IMG/VR virus record: IMGVR_UViG_3300028797_000100
Location: 1 to 64,000 of that record
Length of the DNA: 64,000 nt
Origin: a virus
Lineage: Duplodnaviria > Caudoviricetes
Strand: one strand, 5' to 3'
In this document: positions 18,335 to 27,815 of the stretch, one piece after another
Numbering within the stretch: position 1 is the first letter of the stretch
How the letters are laid out: each line of letters begins with the position of its first letter
The notes under the pieces: generated by a model
Seen by the model: the letters and a program-made list of their open reading frames with translations, nothing else
Told to the model about the DNA's origin: nothing
The model's database searches: none
Position numbers and translations under genes: made by a program

Positions 18335-18618
18335 TCTACCACTCCATGTTTTACTCTGTCATGCTCTTCGGCACGTTTACCGTTGTTCCAACGATCCATT
18401 GTACCAACGAGATAGCCTGTTATACGTCTAATCCTAGAGAAAGGAGCTGAATGTTTATGGGTTTCGATCTTAACATCTTCACCCTCAAACTCAAGGATTA
18501 TCTCATCGATAATCTCATCGGGGTATTTGTTCTTAACATACTTAACGTACTCCTGTACTTCTTCCTCGGGGATGGTTGAGATGTCGCCGTCTTTAAGACT
18601 AACTTTCATAAATAACAC
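18331..18618 (-). CDS. Stand-alone NrdD C-terminal glycyl-radical-domain protein
   Basis: RIRRITGYLVGTMDRWNNGKRAEEHDRVKH is the class III RNR glycyl-radical loop; only 95 aa. Confidence 0.75.
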   Translation of the reverse strand: MLFMKVSLKDGDISTIPEEEVQEYVKYVKNKYPDEIIDEIILEFEGEDVKIETHKHSAPFSRIRRITGYLVGTMDRWNNGKRAEEHDRVKHGVVE

Positions 18619-18641
18619 TCCTTATTTAATTAATTTGACAT

Positions 18642-18651
18642 ATATATTATT
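18642..18651 (+). promoter_or_regulatory. Putative early promoter of the 18.7-29 kb cluster
   Basis: ATATATTATT. Confidence 0.65.
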
Positions 18652-18710
18652 ACCAAGATATGATGGTAATAATCATATTAATAAAAAGTCAAAATGGAGG
18701 TAAAAGAAAA

Positions 18711-18821
18711 ATGAAAATGCCAAGAAAGAAACTCACACTAACTGACATTGCAATCATAGTGGTATGTACAGCATTGGTTGTATTATCCGTTGTAGGCGTA
18801 GTAATGTCGTTAGATCGATAA
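18711..18821 (+). CDS. 36-aa single-TM protein
   Basis: GGAGG RBS; MKMPRKKLTLTDIAIIVVCTALVVLSVVGVVMSLDR. Confidence 0.6.
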   Translation: MKMPRKKLTLTDIAIIVVCTALVVLSVVGVVMSLDR

Positions 18822-18837
18822 TCAAGGAGGTCATGAT

Positions 18838-19197
18838 ATGGAGACGCCTTTTGGAATTAAAAAGGTTGATGGGGATATTGATTTTGGAGAATATGATGCA
18901 TTTCCTTTATACGGCGAGAGGTTTATATTTGATCCGGACATCTATGTCGAAGGGATGGCATACACACGGTTCTTTGGGGATGAACCGGAAGACCATGACG
19001 TGTTATTGTTAAGATACACACCAACAAAATTAAAGTTGATCTGTGTACCTGATCATACAATAACCCCGTTAGAGTTTCACATATCAGATGTATTACTGTT
19101 TGGAATGTTACCGGATCCATTCGGTTTTTGTCCATTCGGTAAACCATCATTATTACCGGCTATCATTAGAATCAAAGGAGGGACGGAAAATGAGTGA
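18838..19197 (+). CDS. Hypothetical early protein
   Basis: AAGGAGG RBS. Confidence 0.75.
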   Translation: METPFGIKKVDGDIDFGEYDAFPLYGERFIFDPDIYVEGMAYTRFFGDEPEDHDVLLLRYTPTKLKLICVPDHTITPLEFHISDVLLFGMLPDPFGFCPFGKPSLLPAIIRIKGGTENE

Positions 19198-19369
19198 ACC
19201 GATTTATCCGTGCATCGAAAACTATCTTATTGAAGCGGATCGTTATATACGCATGGCCTTGGAGAGTATCGATGAAGATCATCCTAAGTTCAAGGAAATA
19301 TCTAAAATCAGAGTTGAATTGAAACACTGTATATCTGATGTATGTTTCGGATCAAAGGAGGATAAATAA
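19190..19369 (+). CDS. Hypothetical protein (start revised to MSEPIYP)
   Basis: AAGGAGG RBS before ATG 19190. Confidence 0.65.
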   Translation: MSEPIYPCIENYLIEADRYIRMALESIDEDHPKFKEISKIRVELKHCISDVCFGSKEDK

Positions 19370-19716
19370 TGTATCTGATAGAAGTTGATCCAGGAATGAT
19401 GTCAAAACTATTACCACATAAATACTTCGTTGATGCAAAGAGCCCCAATGAAGCATACGATATATTCTGGGAAAAGTGTATACACGATGCTGATAATTCT
19501 TTAATGTTTGACTCGTTATTTGTTTCCGGTTGCAATCCCAATGGATTCAAACTAACACGTGAACATTTTTATCTTGATAGAAGTTGTTGGGGTAAAAACG
19601 ATAAACGGGTTTATTATGAAAGACGCGTTAAAGATACCGATCCACATCCGGGAACAATCAGTATCATACTGACAAGGGTTCCCACTCAAATAAAAGCTCG
19701 ATATAAACAAATATAA
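19369..19716 (+). CDS. Hypothetical protein
   Basis: Coupled start, RBS. Confidence 0.75.
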   Translation: MYLIEVDPGMMSKLLPHKYFVDAKSPNEAYDIFWEKCIHDADNSLMFDSLFVSGCNPNGFKLTREHFYLDRSCWGKNDKRVYYERRVKDTDPHPGTISIILTRVPTQIKARYKQI

Positions 19717-19733
19717 ATTCAGGAGGTATAATC

Positions 19734-19994
19734 ATGAATACTAAAACAACCACAAAAGAAGTCCGTGTCATCGACACTGAGAAATTCGAAGTAGGTAGAG
19801 CTTACCGTATTCGCAAGAAAGGTGAGTTCGCTACACATGACGTTATATGTGCTAACGTAACTGAAAGAGTAGTTTCATTTGTATTATATAATGAGGCTTC
19901 CGGCATATCTGATATGTTGATATTGGGAGTTGAACCTGCATTTGGCGCTGGTATTGATGATTATACCATAATGAGATTATATCCAAAGGAGTAA
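19734..19994 (+). CDS. Small protein, stand-alone module B (FxxGxxY family)
   Basis: VIDTEKFEVGRAYRI motif shared with neighbouring genes. Confidence 0.75.
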   Translation: MNTKTTTKEVRVIDTEKFEVGRAYRIRKKGEFATHDVICANVTERVVSFVLYNEASGISDMLILGVEPAFGAGIDDYTIMRLYPKE

Positions 19995-20001
19995 AAGAAA
20001 T

Positions 20002-21081
20002 ATGTTAAGTATATTTGAATTATATAAAATCGTCGGCGCTTGGTGCGACGAGGTGTTCGGAACACACAACGTTGAATCAAAGACATCTGGTGATGGTGAG
20101 GGTATGCATTCATTCTACTATCACTGTCTCGGTGATGATCCTGATTGTTATGTTGATATTGGTGCCAAGATGAATGGTGCTGAAACATGCACAAGTATCT
20201 GGTCACATAACACAGACAATGTCCACATCCAGTTATTCAGAGATGGTTCCGTTAGATGGAATAACGATACGGATTACTACCATGAATTCTGTGGCAAAGA
20301 AGAAATGATGAAGTTGTATGAAATCATTCAACATATAACCATTTCCAGAAACAATGAAGAACATTGTATCGACAAGAAAGAGCAGTTTGCCAGACTTCAG
20401 GTGATAATGGGAGACTGGCTCAAAGATATAATTAAGAATGCGTTCAGAAATGACGGATGTGCAAATCTCACAACAGACAAAAATCATTTTCAATGGGAGA
20501 TTTGTAAATCCAGTAATTGTCCAGGATTAAATCAATTGTATGTTGGTGCGTCATTACGCGATGACGGTACTATTGTTATTTGGACCGGTAGTGGTGATAA
20601 TGTTAATATATCATTCTCTACAGATAACATTGTCCGTTTCCATGCAGATTCTGAATTCAATAAAGATTTCTCAAAGGAATTTATGAATCAATTATCAATA
20701 AACATTCACAATGAATTTGCTAGTATGTTGGTCACTGATGGTGCTGAAGGTATAACAATCATCGATAATACCGAAGATGAGGGGTCTGATAATATGGAAA
20801 TTATAGATGTTAACACCATGGAAGACATCATGGCTTCTGCACTGGAAATTGTTCCACAGTTCAACATTGCTTCTGATGTATTAAGACTGGGTCTCCCATA
20901 CATGATCAGAAACATTGAAGACGGTACAACAATCATTGCTACCTTGCGTGTAGTCGATACTAGCAAACTTGAATTCGATTCATGGTCAGGTTATATCGTA
21001 ATCAATGCAAAGGATTATCACAAGGGTGATAATTGGAAGATTTACCCAGCTAACACAAAAGATGGAGGAATGTTATTATGA
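20002..21081 (+). CDS. Paralogous-family protein (2x domain A + module B)
   Basis: Two IG..IW-type repeats; C-terminal LRLGLPYMIRN. Confidence 0.8.
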   Translation: MLSIFELYKIVGAWCDEVFGTHNVESKTSGDGEGMHSFYYHCLGDDPDCYVDIGAKMNGAETCTSIWSHNTDNVHIQLFRDGSVRWNNDTDYYHEFCGKEEMMKLYEIIQHITISRNNEEHCIDKKEQFARLQVIMGDWLKDIIKNAFRNDGCANLTTDKNHFQWEICKSSNCPGLNQLYVGASLRDDGTIVIWTGSGDNVNISFSTDNIVRFHADSEFNKDFSKEFMNQLSINIHNEFASMLVTDGAEGITIIDNTEDEGSDNMEIIDVNTMEDIMASALEIVPQFNIASDVLRLGLPYMIRNIEDGTTIIATLRVVDTSKLEFDSWSGYIVINAKDYHKGDNWKIYPANTKDGGMLL

Positions 21082-22595
21082 TAACATTTGAAGAATTTGA
21101 TGAAGCTATTGCAAATGTTGCCATTGATGCAGTATTTCCAAAGAGAGATCTGTATATGAAACCAGTATATTTGCATGATAACAAAGACAAGAAAATTGGT
21201 ATGACATATGTCATCATGACTCTTGGATCTAAAAAATATCATATAGGGTTTATTCATGAACAAAGCTCGTCTATGTTTACTGTGTGGAATGGTAAGATGG
21301 GCCACATCGTGTTTGATGTTGATGAACGTGATGGTTGTATAAGATACTATCATGAACCTGAATTATATGATAGAGATAATGGGCTCTCACATTCACAAAT
21401 TCAGACTATCGGTGAGACACTGATAAAATATCTTACATCTAACAAAGAATCGAAAGATAACAATGAACCTGAAGAAACGAAACGGAGGGATGATATTATG
21501 ATAACATATGACCAGTTATCAAAGATCTTTAGGGAACAGTTGAAGATACTGTTCCCTGGCAAACATATATCATCGAATGAAGCTAAATCTGAGAACATGG
21601 AAGTTTATGAGATGCAATTTCATATTGTTGTAGATCCAGAAAAACCACATCTCATCATAGGATTTACTAAAGAAGCCGGTTCTTCCATGGTTGATATATG
21701 GAATGGTAAAAGAATGAACAAGGTTATTGCTATCGACATTGATGATGGCTTCATACGAAGATATCATGAACCGCAGTTATACGCCGAGTCCAGTAGTTGT
21801 TTAGGATATTCACAAGTATCTGCTATTTATACTGCATTGGATACATTCTTAAACTGCGAAGATATTGCAGATGAAAGACATGCTAAATATGATCCGGCAA
21901 TATCATTAGAACAGATACAAACTGTGATAGAGCGTTGGATGAAATCGAATGATATACGTGGTAATGCATGTGAATCGGAAGCAGGAGGTTTCTATTATGA
22001 TCTTTATAATGGTAGATTCATAAAGGGATCAGTCATAACCGTTGGTGATGAAAAAGAGATTCTAATATGGATGAATACTGATACTCCTGTTATGAGAATC
22101 ACACCAAGTGTTGCATCATTGATACAAACAGAGGTACCTCCGTTCATAGATGAAGAAGTTTATGACTTATACAATGAAATCTGTGAAGCAGCTGTTTTAT
22201 TGGAAGAAAAAGCCACAAAGAAACATCCTCTTCAGAATAGTCCAACTTTCCCAGAGGAAGAAAGTGTTGAAGAAAAACAATGTGCTATCATAGATGATAC
22301 GTTAGCCGTTGCTGTCGAAGATAAAACTTTGATGAAACCTGGCGGAAAGTTTGACAAACCCATTGATCCATTCAAAATGGTTCCTATTTTCGATGTTGAT
22401 AAATTCGTAGAGGGATATCCTTATCTGCTCAAGAATCTTGAGAACGGTAAAATGGGAATAGTAACATTGCACTACAAATCAGCAGATTCGTTATGTTTCA
22501 ACTATTGGGATGGCAACGGTGAAGATGCTGCAATGAGTTACTCTGTGTCGGAATTTCAAGGAGCATTTGAGCTGTATAAAATAAATGAACTATGA
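21078..22595 (+). CDS. Paralogous-family protein (3x domain A + module B)
   Basis: Internal repeats IGF..SSM..(V/I)WNGK..DG.I.RY.HEP.LY; C-terminal FDVDKFVEGYPYLLKN. Confidence 0.8.
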   Translation: MITFEEFDEAIANVAIDAVFPKRDLYMKPVYLHDNKDKKIGMTYVIMTLGSKKYHIGFIHEQSSSMFTVWNGKMGHIVFDVDERDGCIRYYHEPELYDRDNGLSHSQIQTIGETLIKYLTSNKESKDNNEPEETKRRDDIMITYDQLSKIFREQLKILFPGKHISSNEAKSENMEVYEMQFHIVVDPEKPHLIIGFTKEAGSSMVDIWNGKRMNKVIAIDIDDGFIRRYHEPQLYAESSSCLGYSQVSAIYTALDTFLNCEDIADERHAKYDPAISLEQIQTVIERWMKSNDIRGNACESEAGGFYYDLYNGRFIKGSVITVGDEKEILIWMNTDTPVMRITPSVASLIQTEVPPFIDEEVYDLYNEICEAAVLLEEKATKKHPLQNSPTFPEEESVEEKQCAIIDDTLAVAVEDKTLMKPGGKFDKPIDPFKMVPIFDVDKFVEGYPYLLKNLENGKMGIVTLHYKSADSLCFNYWDGNGEDAAMSYSVSEFQGAFELYKINEL

Positions 22596-23008
22596 GGATT
22601 TGTGATATGAAAGTATTTATTAGATTCGGTGAAATTCCCAAAGATGAGCAATCATCAATTCGTTATCGTAGTTACTATTGTGGAAAGGAACCCGGTGTAT
22701 CAGTTTATGATTGCATAATATGGGAAGATGGCATTCCTCAAATCGTTCTACCAATACCATTTCTCGAAGGTGCACTGAATACTTTAACGTGGTTATTGAT
22801 TTATGATAAAGACAGACCTGTATATCTTGTGACCGGAGATGTTGTTGGACATGGTCATGACAATGAACCATTGATCAAGAATGTCAAAATCGTAAAAGAT
22901 ATAACCAAAGAGTTCAGGGCTCAATTAGGAGACGAAAACAAATTACACGACGAGTTGATGAAACTCGCTAAAGAAAACGAACCTATATTACAGGAGGAAC
23001 AGAAATGA
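22592..23008 (+). CDS. Hypothetical phage protein (IRFG / GVSVY / GxDxEPL)
   Basis: Overlapping start; conserved-looking motifs. Confidence 0.75.
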   Translation: MRICDMKVFIRFGEIPKDEQSSIRYRSYYCGKEPGVSVYDCIIWEDGIPQIVLPIPFLEGALNTLTWLLIYDKDRPVYLVTGDVVGHGHDNEPLIKNVKIVKDITKEFRAQLGDENKLHDELMKLAKENEPILQEEQK

Positions 23009-23544
23009 ATGTATCGTCAAGAATAAACATCGACAAAGTTGTGGAGTTATTCACAACCATGAGAAATAAACTTCGTGAAGAAAATGAGGTTGACAAATAT
23101 AACAATAATTTGTCATTTGAGAAATTATTCTTTATATGGGATCTAGCATTGTCAAAAGCATTTGCAACATGTTCAGATTACGTATATACCATGGACACAG
23201 ATGAAGATATGGCTGCCGTGTCAAAATCATATTGTGATGAACCTCCTAAAGGTCCTGTTACAATGAGTACTATGCCAGATAATTCTGTGACACTCGGAAT
23301 ATCAATTGAAGAATGTATGTTGGAGATATTCATTGGTCAAACAAGTGCAATGCGTATCACATTACTCGGACCAGTTGCATACGACGCAGCTTTCAATGAT
23401 GGACAATTCACCAGAGCAAACAAACAGTATGCAAAGTTACTGAATGCTTGGAGTGATGTGATTCATGAACATGACAAGATCGCCATGGGGCTTGACTACA
23501 TTGACGATGACGAAGATGATTTCGAAGATGATGAGGAGGAATAA
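23005..23544 (+). CDS. Hypothetical protein with acidic tail
   Basis: RBS, overlapping start. Confidence 0.75.
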   Translation: MNVSSRINIDKVVELFTTMRNKLREENEVDKYNNNLSFEKLFFIWDLALSKAFATCSDYVYTMDTDEDMAAVSKSYCDEPPKGPVTMSTMPDNSVTLGISIEECMLEIFIGQTSAMRITLLGPVAYDAAFNDGQFTRANKQYAKLLNAWSDVIHEHDKIAMGLDYIDDDEDDFEDDEEE

Positions 23545-23545
23545 A

Positions 23546-24184
23546 ATGGAAACAGTAATGTCATTAGACAAAACACAAACAGCAATAACTCAATGGCTGA
23601 AGAGCCATAACATCCCTGTTATATCATGTGAAACCGATTCAGGGGACGGTGGAGTATTCTGTTATAAACTTCCCGAAAAGAAATATATTGATGGTAAACT
23701 GGTAGTCAAAGAAACAGGTGTGCCAGAATGCGTTGATGAATCAATATACATAACTATTACCGGCAACGAGGCACATATCATTATCGATGATGTCGATATA
23801 TTCAAGATAGCTCATAAAGGACCAATCACCGTGTCTCCCGAAATCAATAGCTTGTATAGATTCCTTTTGCACGAGCTTCATAAAGGTATAACGGATGAAG
23901 AAAAACCCGAAGAAGAAACCCCTGAGAAAGAGAATAAGGTATTAACAAATCTTGATAGATATGTTAAAACAACAAAAGTGTTTGATCCTTCAAAACTCAA
24001 GATTGGTGCACCGTATAAGATTCAGAACGTTCAGACTGATGAGTATGTATATGTAATACTTGAAAAAGCTGAATCTGAGAAATTGACGTTCGGATGGTTC
24101 TATACAAAAGACCGGGTATGGGCTAAATGGATAGTTGAGCCCGACGATCTGCTCGTGATCACACCATTATTTGAGGAGAAATAA
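23546..24184 (+). CDS. Paralogous-family protein (domain A + module B)
   Basis: Start revised to METVMSLD after GAGGAGG; FDPSKLKIGAPYKIQN. Confidence 0.75.
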   Translation: METVMSLDKTQTAITQWLKSHNIPVISCETDSGDGGVFCYKLPEKKYIDGKLVVKETGVPECVDESIYITITGNEAHIIIDDVDIFKIAHKGPITVSPEINSLYRFLLHELHKGITDEEKPEEETPEKENKVLTNLDRYVKTTKVFDPSKLKIGAPYKIQNVQTDEYVYVILEKAESEKLTFGWFYTKDRVWAKWIVEPDDLLVITPLFEEK

Positions 24185-24186
24185 AA

Positions 24187-24402
24187 ATGAGGAAGAAAGT
24201 GACCAATGAACTCACACTCGAAGGTTTCGAGCAGGCTGATTTAGTATCTGTGTTAAGAGAATATCTTAACACTCATACTTATCATGATGGAGACAATGGT
24301 AAATTCCTGACTATTAAACGCGTATATGATTTCATAATTGATAATAATGGTGCTACGGAATTGACCATATCTCATAATACAGATTATAATGTAGGAGGAT
24401 GA
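24187..24402 (+). CDS. Hypothetical protein
   Basis: RBS, in operon. Confidence 0.7.
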   Translation: MRKKVTNELTLEGFEQADLVSVLREYLNTHTYHDGDNGKFLTIKRVYDFIIDNNGATELTISHNTDYNVGG

Positions 24403-24408
24403 AGAATA

Positions 24409-24930
24409 ATGGATCATAATAAATATATGAGACCACGTACAGTGTATGAATTCAAACCAGACAATTTTGTCATAGGTGGTTTGTATGCTATTGTGTACAA
24501 GAACATATGTGGAGACGTAATAAGAGACAAAGGTATACTCATGAGGGTTGAACCAAATAAGATATCTTTCAGGACTTTTTGTGATCAAGTTGAACCATTT
24601 CAGTTCTCAGTCCTTGGAATTGACAGTGAGGATGCTGACAGATATGAGATAATCGAACTGGTTGAAAATCCAATAAGCTTCGATGAATATGAATATAATT
24701 CATTATGTAATATCATACATGAGGCATTGGAAGCTCGTGAGGGGATATCATATCTGGCTACAGACAAAGATGTATTTTGCAGAATACGTGATAAAGTAAA
24801 GAGACTCACGGTATTCCCAAAAAATGAATATGAAGAATTCATACAAGACATTTCAGAAGAACCGATAACGGAAATGCGTGAGATTAAGGAAGGTTTTTCA
24901 AATGAGAGGAAAAGAAATGAAAGAAAATAA
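24409..24930 (+). CDS. Protein with N-terminal module B
   Basis: FKPDNFVIGGLYAI. Confidence 0.75.
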   Translation: MDHNKYMRPRTVYEFKPDNFVIGGLYAIVYKNICGDVIRDKGILMRVEPNKISFRTFCDQVEPFQFSVLGIDSEDADRYEIIELVENPISFDEYEYNSLCNIIHEALEAREGISYLATDKDVFCRIRDKVKRLTVFPKNEYEEFIQDISEEPITEMREIKEGFSNERKRNERK

Positions 24931-25765
24931 GAAAGATGACTCTGTTGTGGATATCGCAGCAGATGTAAGAAAATTCAACGATACATACCGTAAAGGAAAT
25001 TTGAAACTTCTTGAGATGATGATTTCCCAAATAAATGATTTCATTGAAAATACACGACATGGAGACGGACCAAAATCATACGTAATTGATGAGGATGATA
25101 TTAACAAGAAGCTTTGTTCCACGAATAAATTGGCATACCTGTTGGACAGAGGGGTTGGTTCTGATCAACTCCCCAACAACGAAGACATATATTCAATGGA
25201 CTTTTTCGAGAGTATCATTAATTATATTGATACCAAATACAAATATGAATTCTATGATAGCTATACTCTAATGGAACTCTATGGAGACCTCCAGTGTGTA
25301 TATGATAACTATAATAAACATGGGTATCTCCCATGGGATAATAAGAAGGAAGAAGAACAAATGGATGCTTCAAACTCAAAGAATGATAGACGTAGACCTC
25401 AATTAGCGGATTTTGATCCGGGGGTAATGGTGTACGATGGAGAATATGAGGACAGGGAATCTCCATGTAGTTATAAATATGAATATGTGAATTGTTATAT
25501 TCCATGTGAACAATTCCATCATTCGGGCATGGTTGTTGTTGTTTATAAGATAACAAAAACCGATCCACGAATATATTCACGAGATGATGGAAGAGTTGTA
25601 ACACGCATTGTTGGTATATGTAACAGTGACCAATATCTGTTGATGATAACAAACACAAAGAAGTTCTGGGATAAGTATGTTGAACCTAGAATACGGGAGC
25701 TTGAAGAAACGAAAGCAAACTTCATAAAGTACCAGGAGGAAAAAGAAAATGAAAGTACAACTTGA
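24917..25765 (+). CDS. Hypothetical protein (start revised to MKENKK)
   Basis: GAGGA RBS. Confidence 0.7.
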   Translation: MKENKKDDSVVDIAADVRKFNDTYRKGNLKLLEMMISQINDFIENTRHGDGPKSYVIDEDDINKKLCSTNKLAYLLDRGVGSDQLPNNEDIYSMDFFESIINYIDTKYKYEFYDSYTLMELYGDLQCVYDNYNKHGYLPWDNKKEEEQMDASNSKNDRRRPQLADFDPGVMVYDGEYEDRESPCSYKYEYVNCYIPCEQFHHSGMVVVVYKITKTDPRIYSRDDGRVVTRIVGICNSDQYLLMITNTKKFWDKYVEPRIRELEETKANFIKYQEEKENESTT

Positions 25766-26006
25766 ATATGATCTGAATTGGCAAGATGCATTTGATATTC
25801 TCTTACAAACTCTTGATATGGAATGGATTAATCGTGATGAAAATTTCTATATCAAGAATGGTAAGGTATGTGCAAATGGTGAAGTAGGAGATGATCGAGC
25901 TGATCTGTTTGCCGCATTGAGGAATGTCCAGAATGCGATGATACCGAATCTGGAATTCAGATCAGATCCATATATCACACACTACTGTGATGAGGAAGAT
26001 GAATAA
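25749..26006 (+). CDS. Hypothetical protein
   Basis: GGAGG RBS. Confidence 0.7.
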   Translation: MKVQLEYDLNWQDAFDILLQTLDMEWINRDENFYIKNGKVCANGEVGDDRADLFAALRNVQNAMIPNLEFRSDPYITHYCDEEDE

Positions 26007-26423
26007 ATGGTAACAATTGATGAAATCAAATCAATAATGGTTGCTTGGTTAATGCCCAAGCTACCAAAGTTCCTCAAGAATTCATGCATGCTGATGTCAG
26101 ATCCAGGTCATAAAGATAATAATGGCATACGTTGGTGTATCATGAGTCCTCTTACACATAATCTGGTGATTGGAGCATATGTTCATAAATATGACAATGT
26201 GGGTGACATCGATATATGGACTGGCATATTCAACGGATATAGGAACATAAACATTCGGATTGATAACCAATCATGGGATGGTCCTAAAGTGGTTTGGTAT
26301 TCAACAACCGATTTTGATTGTTTCTCCAAAGAAGAGATGTATGAGCTGTATGGCATGATTGGTAAATACGTATATAACAAATATCACAAACATTGGGGTG
26401 AACATAATGAGACCGAGACATAA
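26007..26423 (+). CDS. Single domain A protein
   Basis: MVTIDEIKSIMVAWL...VIGA...IWTG...NINI. Confidence 0.75.
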   Translation: MVTIDEIKSIMVAWLMPKLPKFLKNSCMLMSDPGHKDNNGIRWCIMSPLTHNLVIGAYVHKYDNVGDIDIWTGIFNGYRNINIRIDNQSWDGPKVVWYSTTDFDCFSKEEMYELYGMIGKYVYNKYHKHWGEHNETET

Positions 26424-26670
26424 TCGTCATCCATATAAAGGAACAAAGTTTCGTAAACGTTATCCTACAACCAATTTCAATCTGTATGCAGACTGGTTAG
26501 AAAAGGTGTTCCTTCCAGTGTATCTCGAAAGAGCTACTGGTAAATGGAGATGGACCTACAAGCGTATACGTAAGATATACAATGCCTGGTACAGACAAAT
26601 TAAGACCAAGCATAAGAAAAACGGCGGTTTCCTTATAGGAGACCAGTTCTGGTATAAGAAATGTGATTAA
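26407..26670 (+). CDS. Small basic hypothetical protein
   Basis: Start revised to MRPRHN; K/R/W-rich. Confidence 0.6.
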   Translation: MRPRHNRHPYKGTKFRKRYPTTNFNLYADWLEKVFLPVYLERATGKWRWTYKRIRKIYNAWYRQIKTKHKKNGGFLIGDQFWYKKCD

Positions 26671-26685
26671 CAAGGAGGAAAGAAA

Positions 26686-27114
26686 ATGAAAGAGAAAGAC
26701 AATTCAGGAATACACGAAATAAAGAATCCTTTACAGAATTTTCTGACGGAAGTTACGATTGTTGAACTCAATCCAGAGTATTTCGAAAAGGGTGCTGCCT
26801 ATCTTTGTACCCCATTGGATTATCCGAGCCAAAAGTTCATCGGTATCTTTGATGAGGGTGATACAAAGGAAATACATTTCATCACAACAACATTTGGCAG
26901 TGCTAACCGAAAGACTATTACAGCTAATGATGCATCAAACTGGAAGATCGAAAAGATGATACTTCCTTTTACAGAAGAAGAGACCAATTATATGATTAGA
27001 TGCATGAACCTTTCAACATCTGATACAGTGGGTTTGGTATCCGTATTTGCGTCAATGGATGCTGTTAAATACAAAGCGGACATCATTAAAAAGCTCACGG
27101 GTGTTGAAATATGA
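26686..27114 (+). CDS. Protein with module B
   Basis: LNPEYFEKGAAY...FIGIF. Confidence 0.75.
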   Translation: MKEKDNSGIHEIKNPLQNFLTEVTIVELNPEYFEKGAAYLCTPLDYPSQKFIGIFDEGDTKEIHFITTTFGSANRKTITANDASNWKIEKMILPFTEEETNYMIRCMNLSTSDTVGLVSVFASMDAVKYKADIIKKLTGVEI

Positions 27115-27173
27115 ACCGGTAAGAATACTTTGGGCCCCATTGTGGGCCCATTAAATGATTGAGGTGTTTAAAA

Positions 27174-27815
27174 ATGAAAAAGAAAGCTCTTGTAAGTTTA
27201 CAAAATGTAACTGATGTGACCACCATCGTATATGATGTACTCACAGATATCATTGTAAAGAATCCTGATTTGTCCATGAGTGAAAAGAAATCGATTAACA
27301 ACAACAATGAATATTTAGCAGCAACATTCGTGAGACTGGTTAACTGGATGCGTTTACTTCCTGCAATTGACATATCATCAAATACGTCCGAAGAACACTG
27401 GATCGAGTATGGCAGCACATATGTATTTCTGATAACAGAGCTTGATGACGATAAGCCTTTACCAGAAGACAGCTATTTGGAAATCAGTGGTGATGTTCCA
27501 TTGGGTGTTTATATAAGATTCATGCCAGACATAGCAAAAGTTGATCCAGATCTCATCCAGGATCTCATACATAAGATTCCCAATGCTGTCGAGATATTTT
27601 TCGGATATCTGGAAAATGAATATGCTATACCAGATGTATATTCTTCACGCATAGAGGTATCTATAGGCGATCATGCACCGATTGCTAAGATTCATCATCG
27701 TCAAACAAATCTCGACTTGATAAAGACAGACGGATTTTCCGATATAGAAAAATCATTCTATAAAAGAATTAGATCTATGCTCAGGGAGGTAAAGAAATAT
27801 GATATTAAAGATTAA
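27174..27815 (+). CDS. Hypothetical protein
   Basis: GAGGTG RBS before ATG 27174. Confidence 0.75.
   Translation: MKKKALVSLQNVTDVTTIVYDVLTDIIVKNPDLSMSEKKSINNNNEYLAATFVRLVNWMRLLPAIDISSNTSEEHWIEYGSTYVFLITELDDDKPLPEDSYLEISGDVPLGVYIRFMPDIAKVDPDLIQDLIHKIPNAVEIFFGYLENEYAIPDVYSSRIEVSIGDHAPIAKIHHRQTNLDLIKTDGFSDIEKSFYKRIRSMLREVKKYDIKD

Noticed and set aside
18331-18618. nrdD pseudogene
   Set aside because: Has its own RBS and a non-NrdD N-terminus, is coupled to the downstream gene, and no upstream nrdD remnant is visible
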